Source: an uncultured Veillonellaceae bacterium (GTDB lineage Bacteria; Bacillota; Negativicutes; JARBTT01). Taken from it: a stretch of DNA of 64,000 nt. A program made the position numbers and the translations under genes. Of this stretch, positions 38,990-47,075 are shown piece by piece; within the stretch, counting starts at the first letter, position 1, and each line of letters opens with the position of its first letter. The notes below the pieces were generated by a model. That model made no database searches. It was given only the letters and a program-made list of their open reading frames with translations, and was not told where the DNA came from. The stretch covers positions 2,074,207 to 2,138,206 of the forward strand of contig CAWDTA010000002.1 of NCBI GenBank assembly GCA_963805085.1. Reading direction: 5' to 3'.

Positions 38990-40243
38990 ATGTTTTATTC
39001 AGATATAATGAAAATCCCTCAATTAAAAGATCTTACATTATTGGGCGGGAAAGATGGTATGCATCGGCCTATTCGCTGGATATACTTTGCTGATTGTATA
39101 GAATGTCTAGATGATTCCGAAAATTTGGGTGACTGGATTCATGGTGGCGAGCTTATTATTGTAACGCATACCAGTATTACACAAAATATCGCTAAGCTAA
39201 AGCAGTTCATGTATGCGGCAAATGAAAAGAATGCGGCAGGCTTTATTATTCATGTGGGCCGTATTTCATCGGAAATCATACAAACAGCCGACGAGCTTTC
39301 TCTACCGTTATTTGAGCTTTCTCTATCTATAAAATTAGTGGATTTATCACAGATTATTTGCAAAAAGTTAATTGAAGAGGAAAACAAGCAGAGTACCCTT
39401 GAACGAATATTTACTGATCTATTATTTAAAGAATGGAAGAGCAATAGAGATTTATTGTATCAGACTCAGTTTTATGGAATTGATTTCTTGAAATTATTTT
39501 GTATTGCAAGTTTTACAATAGTTTTTCCTGAAAATCAATGGCCAGAAGAGCGCCAATTGGATATATATATAACTAATTTAAATAAATTTATTCAATATGA
39601 ATTTTATAGTATTGACATTCCTAATTTATTGAAATTAGATCAAAATAACAATATTATCGTAATGATCCCTTTACATAAAATTAAGGATAATCTTGCGCAT
39701 ATACTAAAGCGGATAGAGGCACACTTCTGGCAGTTTTATGATTTGAGCTTGAGGGTAGGCATTAGTAATTCTTACAATTCGGCGGAAGATTTGAAAACTG
39801 CTTTTGATGAAGCAGTTATGGCAGTACAAGTTGCTGGATCTATAAAAAATAAGGATAATGTTATTTTTTATAAAAATATCGGTATTTTTTCTATTTTAGC
39901 GGGTGTAGAGAATGAAAAGCTGCTGGATAATTATTATAAATCTTGGTTGGAGCCATTGATGAAGTGCGATGCCCAGCAGGGAAAAACTTTGTGTGGTACG
40001 CTGGAAATGTATTTACAGTGCAACTGCAAGATAGCCGAAACAGCAAATGCACTGTTTATGCATCGCAATACTTTACGCTATCGGCTCGACAAAATAGAAA
40101 GTGTTTTTGGGCGATCACTATCGGACCTTTCCTTCTGCATGGAACTACAGTTTGCCTTTAAAGTGAAAAGTTATCGGGAACGGGTCAAATTAAGCACTGA
40201 ATGGACTCGTAGGGATGGTTCAAAACTGCAGAATAAACCTTGA
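38990..40243 (+). CDS. PucR-family transcriptional regulator
   Basis: N-terminal PucR ligand domain (GGKDGMHRPIRW, GGELII); C-terminal TANALFMHRNTLRYRLDKI HTH. Confidence 0.92.
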   Translation: MFYSDIMKIPQLKDLTLLGGKDGMHRPIRWIYFADCIECLDDSENLGDWIHGGELIIVTHTSITQNIAKLKQFMYAANEKNAAGFIIHVGRISSEIIQTADELSLPLFELSLSIKLVDLSQIICKKLIEEENKQSTLERIFTDLLFKEWKSNRDLLYQTQFYGIDFLKLFCIASFTIVFPENQWPEERQLDIYITNLNKFIQYEFYSIDIPNLLKLDQNNNIIVMIPLHKIKDNLAHILKRIEAHFWQFYDLSLRVGISNSYNSAEDLKTAFDEAVMAVQVAGSIKNKDNVIFYKNIGIFSILAGVENEKLLDNYYKSWLEPLMKCDAQQGKTLCGTLEMYLQCNCKIAETANALFMHRNTLRYRLDKIESVFGRSLSDLSFCMELQFAFKVKSYRERVKLSTEWTRRDGSKLQNKP

Positions 40244-40307
40244 TTTTCCACAGAATACTCAGTGGATTTTATGAATGAGTGAAAGCTAAAATAGCATTAA
40301 TCCATAT

Positions 40308-40376
40308 TAAACAAATAGAGCATGTACAAATTTCAAGATTAACTTGAAGTGTACATGCTCTATTTGTTTATTTCTG
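40308..40376 (+). repeat. Palindromic repeat, family P, copy 5
   Basis: taaacaaatagagcatgtacaaatttcaag attaa cttgaagtgtacatgctctatttgttt atttctg. Confidence 0.9.
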
Positions 40377-40420
40377 TTTTTTTTGTGTGAAAAAGGTTTT
40401 GTGCTTGAATGGTTACGATT

Positions 40421-40512
40421 CGCCTCCACCATGCAAATATCCAGTATGGAAAATATTGCTGGAATATAAAGTGAGCCGCTCACTGATAGGGTCTTAACGG
40501 TTTTTTGCATTT
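40421..40512 (+). repeat. Family C, copy 3 (CGCCTCCACCA plus terminator module)
   Basis: ggttacgatt cgcctccacca then aaatattgctggaatataaagtgagccg..ggtcttaacggtttttt. Confidence 0.85.
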
Positions 40513-40627
40513 GATGATATTTAGGAAAGCGAGATTATTGGCGATAGCGAAAGAACGAAAATAGTGTTAAACTATATATTATTTGCAGAATATAGATAGT
40601 AGAACAAATATTTATAAGGAGATGCGC

Positions 40628-41953
40628 ATGAATAAAATACGAATGGCTATTGTTGGACCGGCTGATTCAGTTTCGTTAATCTACCAGGTAGCGCTTGAGC
40701 GGAGCAACGTTTTATTACCGCAGCCTCTAGTATATCAAGATGCAGCGCAAGTAGCCGATCTTGTTTTAGCATATAAGGGGCAATTTGATATGTGGCTGTT
40801 TTCCGGAGTTGTGCCATATCAGCATGCTTTAAAAGCAGTCGTTGATAAACCACTGTTTTATATTCCGCATACTGGATCAAGTTTATACCGGGCTTTGTTT
40901 GAGATTACTTATATTGAAAAAAGAGAGCTCAATAGTATTAGCTTTGATACCTTTAGTTCTCAGGAAGTGGAAGAAGCCTTTCGTGACATCAATTTGCCGT
41001 TGCCTGAAATTTATGTGAAAGACTATGAAGGCGTGGCTTCTGCAACGGAAATTACAAAATACCATTATGATTTATGGAAACAGGGGAAGACCAATATTGC
41101 TATTACTTGTTTTTTAGCAACTTATGAAAAATTGAAAGAGCTTGGGATACCAGCTGTACGTATATGGCCTACTAGGAGTAACATTCGGACAACGTTGGAG
41201 GTTGCTGTAAATGTTGTCATTGCACAGGCGTTTAAGGGCAGTCAACTGGCCATTTTTCAGATTGCCATTCATAAGTATGATGATATCGTGCGGGCTAGTT
41301 CGAGCTATGATGTTAAACGAATTGAACTTTGCTTATATCAGATATTACTAGGATATGCCGAAGCGGTGGAAGGTTCACTTGTACTCCGGGGCGACGGACA
41401 GTACACAATTTATTCTACGCGCGGTATGCTTGAAAGGAGCACCAAGGGTCTAACGTTTATACCTATTTTGGAGGAAATCACCTGCAAGGTAAAAGCGGCA
41501 GTGGACGGAGGCATTGGTTTTGGCAAGACTGCATATGCCGCTGAACAAAATGCTTTTCACGCATTGGGGCTTGCGGAGCAAAAAGGACAAGGTTTTTGGA
41601 TGGCAGTAAATGATAAACGAGAAGTCATCGGCCCGCTTAGTTCTGCTGTTCATCTTAAGTATTCGGTACAAGCTAATTATGAGGCCAGTAAAAGGTTTGC
41701 TGATAAAGTGAGCTTAAGTGTGACAACAGTAAATCGCCTGCTTGCGGTTCTGGATAAGCTAGATAATACTACAATCGGTGCGGATGAACTTGCTGTTTAT
41801 CTAAGTATTACCCCGCGCAGTGCACGAAGGATTTTAGCTGTTTTGGCAGAGAATGGATTTGCCAAAGTAGCAGGAGAAGAAATGCTTGTTAAAGGACGGC
41901 CGCGTAAACTATATGAAGTGCTTGTGCAGCCCTTAATTGCGAGTATTTCGTAA
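40628..41953 (+). CDS. Putative transcriptional regulator (cyclase-like middle domain, C-terminal HTH)
   Basis: LFSGVVPY, GIGFGKTAYAAE, ITPRSARRIL, KGRPRKLY; family often found beside amidohydrolase/transporter operons. Confidence 0.75.
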   Translation: MNKIRMAIVGPADSVSLIYQVALERSNVLLPQPLVYQDAAQVADLVLAYKGQFDMWLFSGVVPYQHALKAVVDKPLFYIPHTGSSLYRALFEITYIEKRELNSISFDTFSSQEVEEAFRDINLPLPEIYVKDYEGVASATEITKYHYDLWKQGKTNIAITCFLATYEKLKELGIPAVRIWPTRSNIRTTLEVAVNVVIAQAFKGSQLAIFQIAIHKYDDIVRASSSYDVKRIELCLYQILLGYAEAVEGSLVLRGDGQYTIYSTRGMLERSTKGLTFIPILEEITCKVKAAVDGGIGFGKTAYAAEQNAFHALGLAEQKGQGFWMAVNDKREVIGPLSSAVHLKYSVQANYEASKRFADKVSLSVTTVNRLLAVLDKLDNTTIGADELAVYLSITPRSARRILAVLAENGFAKVAGEEMLVKGRPRKLYEVLVQPLIASIS

Positions 41954-41960
41954 AATTATA

Positions 41961-42030
41961 TTGACAAAGGGCGTAATTTTGACTATATTATAAATAAGCA
42001 ATGGAGCTCTCAATTATGAGGGCTCTTTTC
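41961..42030 (+). promoter_or_regulatory. Sigma-A promoter followed by an ANTAR consensus hairpin overlapping a terminator
   Basis: TTGACA-17-TATATT; AGCAATGGAGCTC (41997-42009) matches AGCAANGRRGCUY; overlaps gagctctca / tgagggctc plus tttt. Confidence 0.7.
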
Positions 42031-42043
42031 TATTTTCAAATAG

Positions 42044-42172
42044 TTTTAAGCGTTTTAGGAAATATCTTTAAATAGTCCATAACTTTGCTATAGTGGTAGG
42101 TGATTTTTATTGTTGGGCAACTTTTAGTGTTTTTGGAAATGTCTCTAGATAGTCCATAAAGTTTACTATACT
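42044..42172 (+). repeat. Tandem ~50 bp imperfect duplication upstream of the amidohydrolase
   Basis: ttttaagcgttttaggaaatatctttaaatagtccataactttgctata vs ttttagtgtttttggaaatgtctctagatagtccataaagtttactata. Confidence 0.7.
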
Positions 42173-42216
42173 AGCAATTGGTAGGTAATTTTATTGGGAT
42201 AGGTAGGTGCTTAATT

Positions 42217-43389
42217 ATGATACTAACAGAAGAAATCAAACAAAAAATAATTTTATGGCGGCGCACGTTACATAGTTTTCCGGAATTAAGCTGGGAAGAG
42301 GCAAAAACATCAAGTACGATAGTAAAAGTACTCCAAGAAATTGGAAATGTAGACATACAAACTTTTGATAAACATTTTGGTGTATGCGCTACGATAACAG
42401 GCAGTCAGCCAGGGCCTGTTATTGCCTTCCGGGCGGATATGGATGCTTTGCCAATACAAGAAGAAACGGCGGCTGCATATGAATCTAAAAATCTTGGCGT
42501 TATGCATGCCTGTGGTCACGATGCCCATATGGCAATTATGCTGGGGATAGCATCGATATTTACGAAGCACAAGGAAAATCTTAATGGTACGGTAAAGATA
42601 CTTTTTCAGCCAGCAGAAGAAGCTTCACCGTTAGGTGGCGCCCAAGCGATGATGAAAGAGGGGCTTTTGGATGGCGTATCCGCTATCTTTGGCTTACACG
42701 TTTGGCCTGAAATACCCTGTGGAGAAATATGTATCCGTAGCGGTGAACTAATGGCAGCCTCTGATCGATTTAAAATTAATATACTAGGGCAAGGGGCGCA
42801 TGCAGGACAGCCGCAGAATGGAGTTGATGCCATGGGGATGGCAGCCGATATTCTACAGGGCCTAGGACGCCTTAGAGATCGTCAGATAGATCCATTGGAG
42901 ACAGCAACCATTTCTGTCGGGACTATCCATGGCGGGGATAGATACAATGTTATAGCGCGCGAGATCGTTCTTGAAGGGACGGTACGCACTTTAGGGGAGA
43001 AAGTTAGGCACGACATACCAAAGAAAATACAAAGGCTTCTTGAGGGAATGACCGCAGCACAGGGGGGGCAGTACAAGCTCGACTACCAGTATGGTTACCC
43101 GATGCTTACAAATTGGGAGGAGCCTACCAATATTGTAATTCAAGCAGCCGGACAAATCCTGCCCGCGCAGGCTATTCATACAAATGTGAAACCTGTATTA
43201 GCAGCTGAAGATTTCGGTAGGTATCTCACAAAGTATCCCGGAGCCTTTTTTTGGCTAGGTTGTGCCAAAGAAAATGGCCCGTTTTATAAATTGCATAATG
43301 CTTGTTTCGATATAGATGAAGATGCATTAAGCGTTGGGGTGGAAATTCTTTATCAAACTGGCCTTAAAGCACTAAGTAATTATAAATAA
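42217..43389 (+). CDS. M20D amidohydrolase (hippuricase/AbgB-like)
   Basis: LHSFPELS, RADMDAL, MHACGHDAH, QPAEE, AEDF. Confidence 0.92.
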   Translation: MILTEEIKQKIILWRRTLHSFPELSWEEAKTSSTIVKVLQEIGNVDIQTFDKHFGVCATITGSQPGPVIAFRADMDALPIQEETAAAYESKNLGVMHACGHDAHMAIMLGIASIFTKHKENLNGTVKILFQPAEEASPLGGAQAMMKEGLLDGVSAIFGLHVWPEIPCGEICIRSGELMAASDRFKINILGQGAHAGQPQNGVDAMGMAADILQGLGRLRDRQIDPLETATISVGTIHGGDRYNVIAREIVLEGTVRTLGEKVRHDIPKKIQRLLEGMTAAQGGQYKLDYQYGYPMLTNWEEPTNIVIQAAGQILPAQAIHTNVKPVLAAEDFGRYLTKYPGAFFWLGCAKENGPFYKLHNACFDIDEDALSVGVEILYQTGLKALSNYK

Positions 43390-43404
43390 AAGGGGGCAAT
43401 GTTA

Positions 43405-44934
43405 ATGAGTCAGAATGTAGATGTCATTGAAGAGAACAACAAAATGGGGATTTTGCGAAAAATTGAACAGTTTGGCAATAAGCTTCCGAATCCAGCTATT
43501 CTATTTTTGTTATTAATTGTTTTGCTTGCCTGTATTTCACTGGTTCTATCAGCAATGCATGTAAGCGCAATACATCCTTCAACTCATGCGGTTATCTATG
43601 TAAAGAGTTTGATTAGCCAAGAAGGTTTACAGTGGATATTTACCAACATGATTCAAAACTATATTAACTTTCCTCCGCTGGGGATGATTATGGTTTTAAC
43701 ATTAGGCATAGGTCTTGTGGAAAAGACCGGTCTTATGGAGACCGTTCTCAAGACATCCATTCATTCTATTCCTAAAAAATATATAACCTTTGCGGTCGTA
43801 TTTTTTAGCTTTATGAGTCATTTAGCCTCTGATGCAGCAATGGTAGTCGTACCGCCGCTTGCTGCTATGGTTTTTTACTCTGTGGGACGTCATCCCTTTG
43901 TTGGTTTTGCTGCTTCGCTTGCGGCCATTTATTCAGGGTTTACAGCCAACGTTTTAATTGTAACAACGGATGTTTTATTATCTGGAATTACCACACAGGC
44001 AGCAAAAATTATTGATCCAAACATGGTTGTTACCCCAATTGACAATTGGTATTTTATGTGTTTTGCTGTATTTTATCTTTCCCTGTTAACAACGTTTGTA
44101 ACGGAAAAATTTGTTGAGCCGCGCCTTGGCGTTTATCACGGGACACAAATTGTAAATATGGATATACCTGGGCAGAAACAGGTTGTTGCTATGCGTGCAT
44201 CTGGCATCGCGGTGCTTGTGTTTATTGGTATTTTATTATTACTCGTTGTACCAGAAGGAGCTATGTTAAGAAATCCAGAGACAGGCGGTATTCCGGGCTC
44301 TCCATTTATTCGTGGTATTGTTCCGATGCTCTTTTTATTTTTTCTGACCGTCGGTCTTACCTATGGTATTAAAGTAGGCTCCATTAAAAGCGGAGATGAT
44401 GTAATCCATATGATGACGGATTGCACGCGCGATCTTGCTGGATTTTTAGTTATGGCATTTGCGATTGCACAGTTTATTGCGGCTTTTACTTGGACAAATA
44501 TTGCAACGCTACTTGCTACATCAGGCGCCGAATTTTTAAAGAGCATTCACATGACAGGGTTGCCTGCCTTATTATGTTTTATGTTATTCGGGCAGTTTAT
44601 GGGACTCTTTATTGCCAGTGGTTCTGCGATATGGTCACTCTTGTCACCAGTATTTGTGCCTATGTTTATGCTGCTTGGTTATCATCCGGCATTTATTCAG
44701 GTGGCGTTTCGTGCAGGCGATGGAGCCTTAAACAGCGTACAGATTGTTAATCCATTTCTTCCTTTATTTCTAGAAACATTAAAAAAATATAAAGAAGAGT
44801 CGGGGATTGGTACCTACTTATCCTTAATGATGCCCTATGCAATCGCTTTTTTAATCATGTGGTATATACTCTTTATATTCTGGTACCTCTCAGGATTTCC
44901 AGTTGGCCCGGGTGTCCCACAACGTTTATGGTAG
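43405..44934 (+). CDS. AbgT-family transporter
   Basis: IEQFGNKLPNPAILF, NWYF, ASGSAIW, GIGTYLSLMMPY. Confidence 0.9.
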   Translation: MSQNVDVIEENNKMGILRKIEQFGNKLPNPAILFLLLIVLLACISLVLSAMHVSAIHPSTHAVIYVKSLISQEGLQWIFTNMIQNYINFPPLGMIMVLTLGIGLVEKTGLMETVLKTSIHSIPKKYITFAVVFFSFMSHLASDAAMVVVPPLAAMVFYSVGRHPFVGFAASLAAIYSGFTANVLIVTTDVLLSGITTQAAKIIDPNMVVTPIDNWYFMCFAVFYLSLLTTFVTEKFVEPRLGVYHGTQIVNMDIPGQKQVVAMRASGIAVLVFIGILLLLVVPEGAMLRNPETGGIPGSPFIRGIVPMLFLFFLTVGLTYGIKVGSIKSGDDVIHMMTDCTRDLAGFLVMAFAIAQFIAAFTWTNIATLLATSGAEFLKSIHMTGLPALLCFMLFGQFMGLFIASGSAIWSLLSPVFVPMFMLLGYHPAFIQVAFRAGDGALNSVQIVNPFLPLFLETLKKYKEESGIGTYLSLMMPYAIAFLIMWYILFIFWYLSGFPVGPGVPQRLW

Positions 44935-44977
44935 TCGGATACCTTGGCTGATATAATCTAAATATATAGACGAAATC

Positions 44978-45027
44978 AAATCTTCCTATACTCATGGTGC
45001 ATAGATACATGAGTATAGGAAGATTTC
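44978..45027. terminator. Long-stem terminator
   Basis: aaatcttcctatactcatg / catgagtataggaagattt perfect inverted repeat. Confidence 0.8.
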
Positions 45028-45278
45028 TTTATGCGAAGAAATGGTGGCAGGATACGTTGTTAACTTGATAGTATGAATTGACGTTAAATACATAAGCAAG
45101 TGAACCTATTGCTGATTCGAATAATATCTTGTCGTTTTTTGTATACATAAACAAAAGTTATACCATGGGAGTTGACAATGAAATAATTCCTATGATATCT
45201 TAAATCGTATTAAAATGGATGTCTTATAAGCAATAAGGCTTATAAAGTCAATATTTTAGAAGGTAGGAAAGAGTCGGT

Positions 45279-45794
45279 ATGAAACAACAATCCTTAGGTC
45301 ATACAAAACAACTGGTTTATGCAGCATTGGGCATTGCCCTCGTTTTTATTTGTACGTCATTTTTAAATCTTCGTCTTCCCATTGCCGCTAATGGCGGTCT
45401 AGTTCATTTGGGAAATGTGCCCCTCTTTGTGATTGCCATTCTTTACGGACGCCGGTTTGGTGCTTTGGCCGGAGGAATCGGTATGGCTCTTTTTGATGTG
45501 GTGGGCGGCTGGTTTTTATGGGCGCCTTTTACGTTGGTCATCGTAGGTCTCATGGGGTATACGGTCGGCGCTATCTGTGAAGAACGCCGCACCATGAAGG
45601 CTTATGTCCTAGCCTTTATGGCGGCTTGTCTCATTAAGGTGGCTGGTTATTATGGTGCCGAGGGACTTATTTACGGCAATTGGCTGGTGCCGATGACGTC
45701 GATTCCCGGTAATCTTGTCCAGATCGGTGTGGCGGCAATTATCGTGTTGCCTATCGTGAACAAGTTAAGAAAGCGTTTGGATGCTTCTTACTAA
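45279..45794 (+). CDS. ECF transporter S component (possibly vitamin B6 type)
   Basis: GGLVHLGN, GGIGMALFD, WAPFT, SIPGN; specificity is inference. Confidence 0.85.
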   Translation: MKQQSLGHTKQLVYAALGIALVFICTSFLNLRLPIAANGGLVHLGNVPLFVIAILYGRRFGALAGGIGMALFDVVGGWFLWAPFTLVIVGLMGYTVGAICEERRTMKAYVLAFMAACLIKVAGYYGAEGLIYGNWLVPMTSIPGNLVQIGVAAIIVLPIVNKLRKRLDASY

Positions 45795-45880
45795 TTAGGA
45801 GACTGCAAAAAAATGATCTCAGCCACTTCCTCGAAATTCCTGCATATTTTCGTTGATATTTACAAAATTGATGATGAAAT

Positions 45881-45946
45881 AGGAGTTCTTTGCTTATGAT
45901 TCGCAAAGTACTCCTGTTTTTAGGTGTTGGGGTGATTTGGCTGGTT
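45881..45946. repeat. Repeat family G, copy 2 (relic of the small spore gene 3' end plus terminator)
   Basis: Minus strand reads NQPNHPNT-stop with no upstream start. Confidence 0.8.
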
Positions 45947-46161
45947 CAATCTAATTAATTTGAAGCGGTGAAAGCAATAGGTACAGTGATGATTGATTTA
46001 CGATAAATTGTTTATTTTGTTAGGATTATTTTGACTGATAGATTGTTTTATGCTAAAATTACATATGGTTATTAATCTCAATAAAGGAAAAAATTAAATA
46101 ACTAGGATGTTTTGTTATTACATTGGTAGCTACTTGTAAACAAAATTTATAAAATATCGAA

Positions 46162-46218
46162 TTTTTATATGACTTCATAGTCATATAAAAAAAATTTCTC
46201 TAAATGACTATGTAGTCA
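46162..46218. promoter_or_regulatory. Two TGACT-N4-AGTCA palindromic operators
   Basis: tttttatatgact tcat agtcatataaaaa and tgacta tg tagtca upstream of 46249. Confidence 0.6.
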
Positions 46219-46248
46219 ATTGGATAAATTTTCAAGGGAGGTTGTAAG

Positions 46249-46911
46249 GTGAAGCAATGTAAATATTTTTTGCTATTAGGTGTAGTTTTGTCGTATTTCA
46301 TTAGTAATTACTTACCAGTTGAGTGGGGCTGGGAAAATAGTCTGTTAGAATGGCTACAAATTGTCATATTAGCAGTAGGCTTGATGTTAAACTATACATG
46401 GTGGCGAGAGGCTAAATCGATGCCACAAAATATTAACAATGCACGCTTTCTGTTCTGGGCGATACCATTGTGGTTATTGATTATCGCTAGGGAGTTGAGC
46501 TGGGGTAGAGTGTTCTATCTCAGAGGTTTTGATGCTGTAGATGGTCCTTCTTTTCTTCCACTGTCCCAGCTATCCTATGGTCCAATTGTTTACCCATTGC
46601 TTACAATCATAATCGTAGTATGGTTGTATGTGGTCGTAAAGTACAGGTTATATAAAATTCCTTATGAATTGCTAAAAGAACGCCGATTTCCTGTTGTAGA
46701 GCTTATAATTACGGTTTTCGCATTTATAGATGCAGATATAGGTGAACACAAATTACATCTTCAAAATATGGAAGAGTTTGATGAGTGTCTGGCCTATCTG
46801 GGCTTAATTTTAGTTGCTTACTATGTAAAAAAAGCATTGAGAGAAGAAGCAGAAAATGTTATAAGAGAGGCAAGGGATAGTTCGCTGGATTCTGGTGCAA
46901 AATTTTTGTAG
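46249..46911 (+). CDS. Hypothetical multi-pass membrane protein
   Basis: WENSLLEWLQ, RELSWGR, MEEFDE; several TM segments. Confidence 0.8.
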   Translation: MKQCKYFLLLGVVLSYFISNYLPVEWGWENSLLEWLQIVILAVGLMLNYTWWREAKSMPQNINNARFLFWAIPLWLLIIARELSWGRVFYLRGFDAVDGPSFLPLSQLSYGPIVYPLLTIIIVVWLYVVVKYRLYKIPYELLKERRFPVVELIITVFAFIDADIGEHKLHLQNMEEFDECLAYLGLILVAYYVKKALREEAENVIREARDSSLDSGAKFL

Positions 46912-47075
46912 ATTGATACAATCTGGCAGTTTGTAATGCTTCAAAAAGTTGATCTGTGATAGATATTAGATTTTAACTTTACATAGGTCTTGTGTGTACA
47001 GTGACGATTATTGTTCATAGCAGTATTTTGTGTATTTTGTTATAATGAAACTGTATATATAGGGAGGGGAGCACA

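Noticed and set aside
2271-40376. CRISPR array made of the P palindromes
   Set aside because: Copies are kilobases apart and ~65-70 bp long, with no regular spacers and no cas genes
1-46000. Canonical integron
   Set aside because: No intI or attI in the window, P does not match the RYYYAAC/GTTRRRY boxes, and cargo has its own promoters in both orientations; kept only as an analogy
46955-46970. Third Crp/HcpR box upstream of the regulator gene
   Set aside because: Right half-site TTAGA is a poor match and there is no correctly spaced -10
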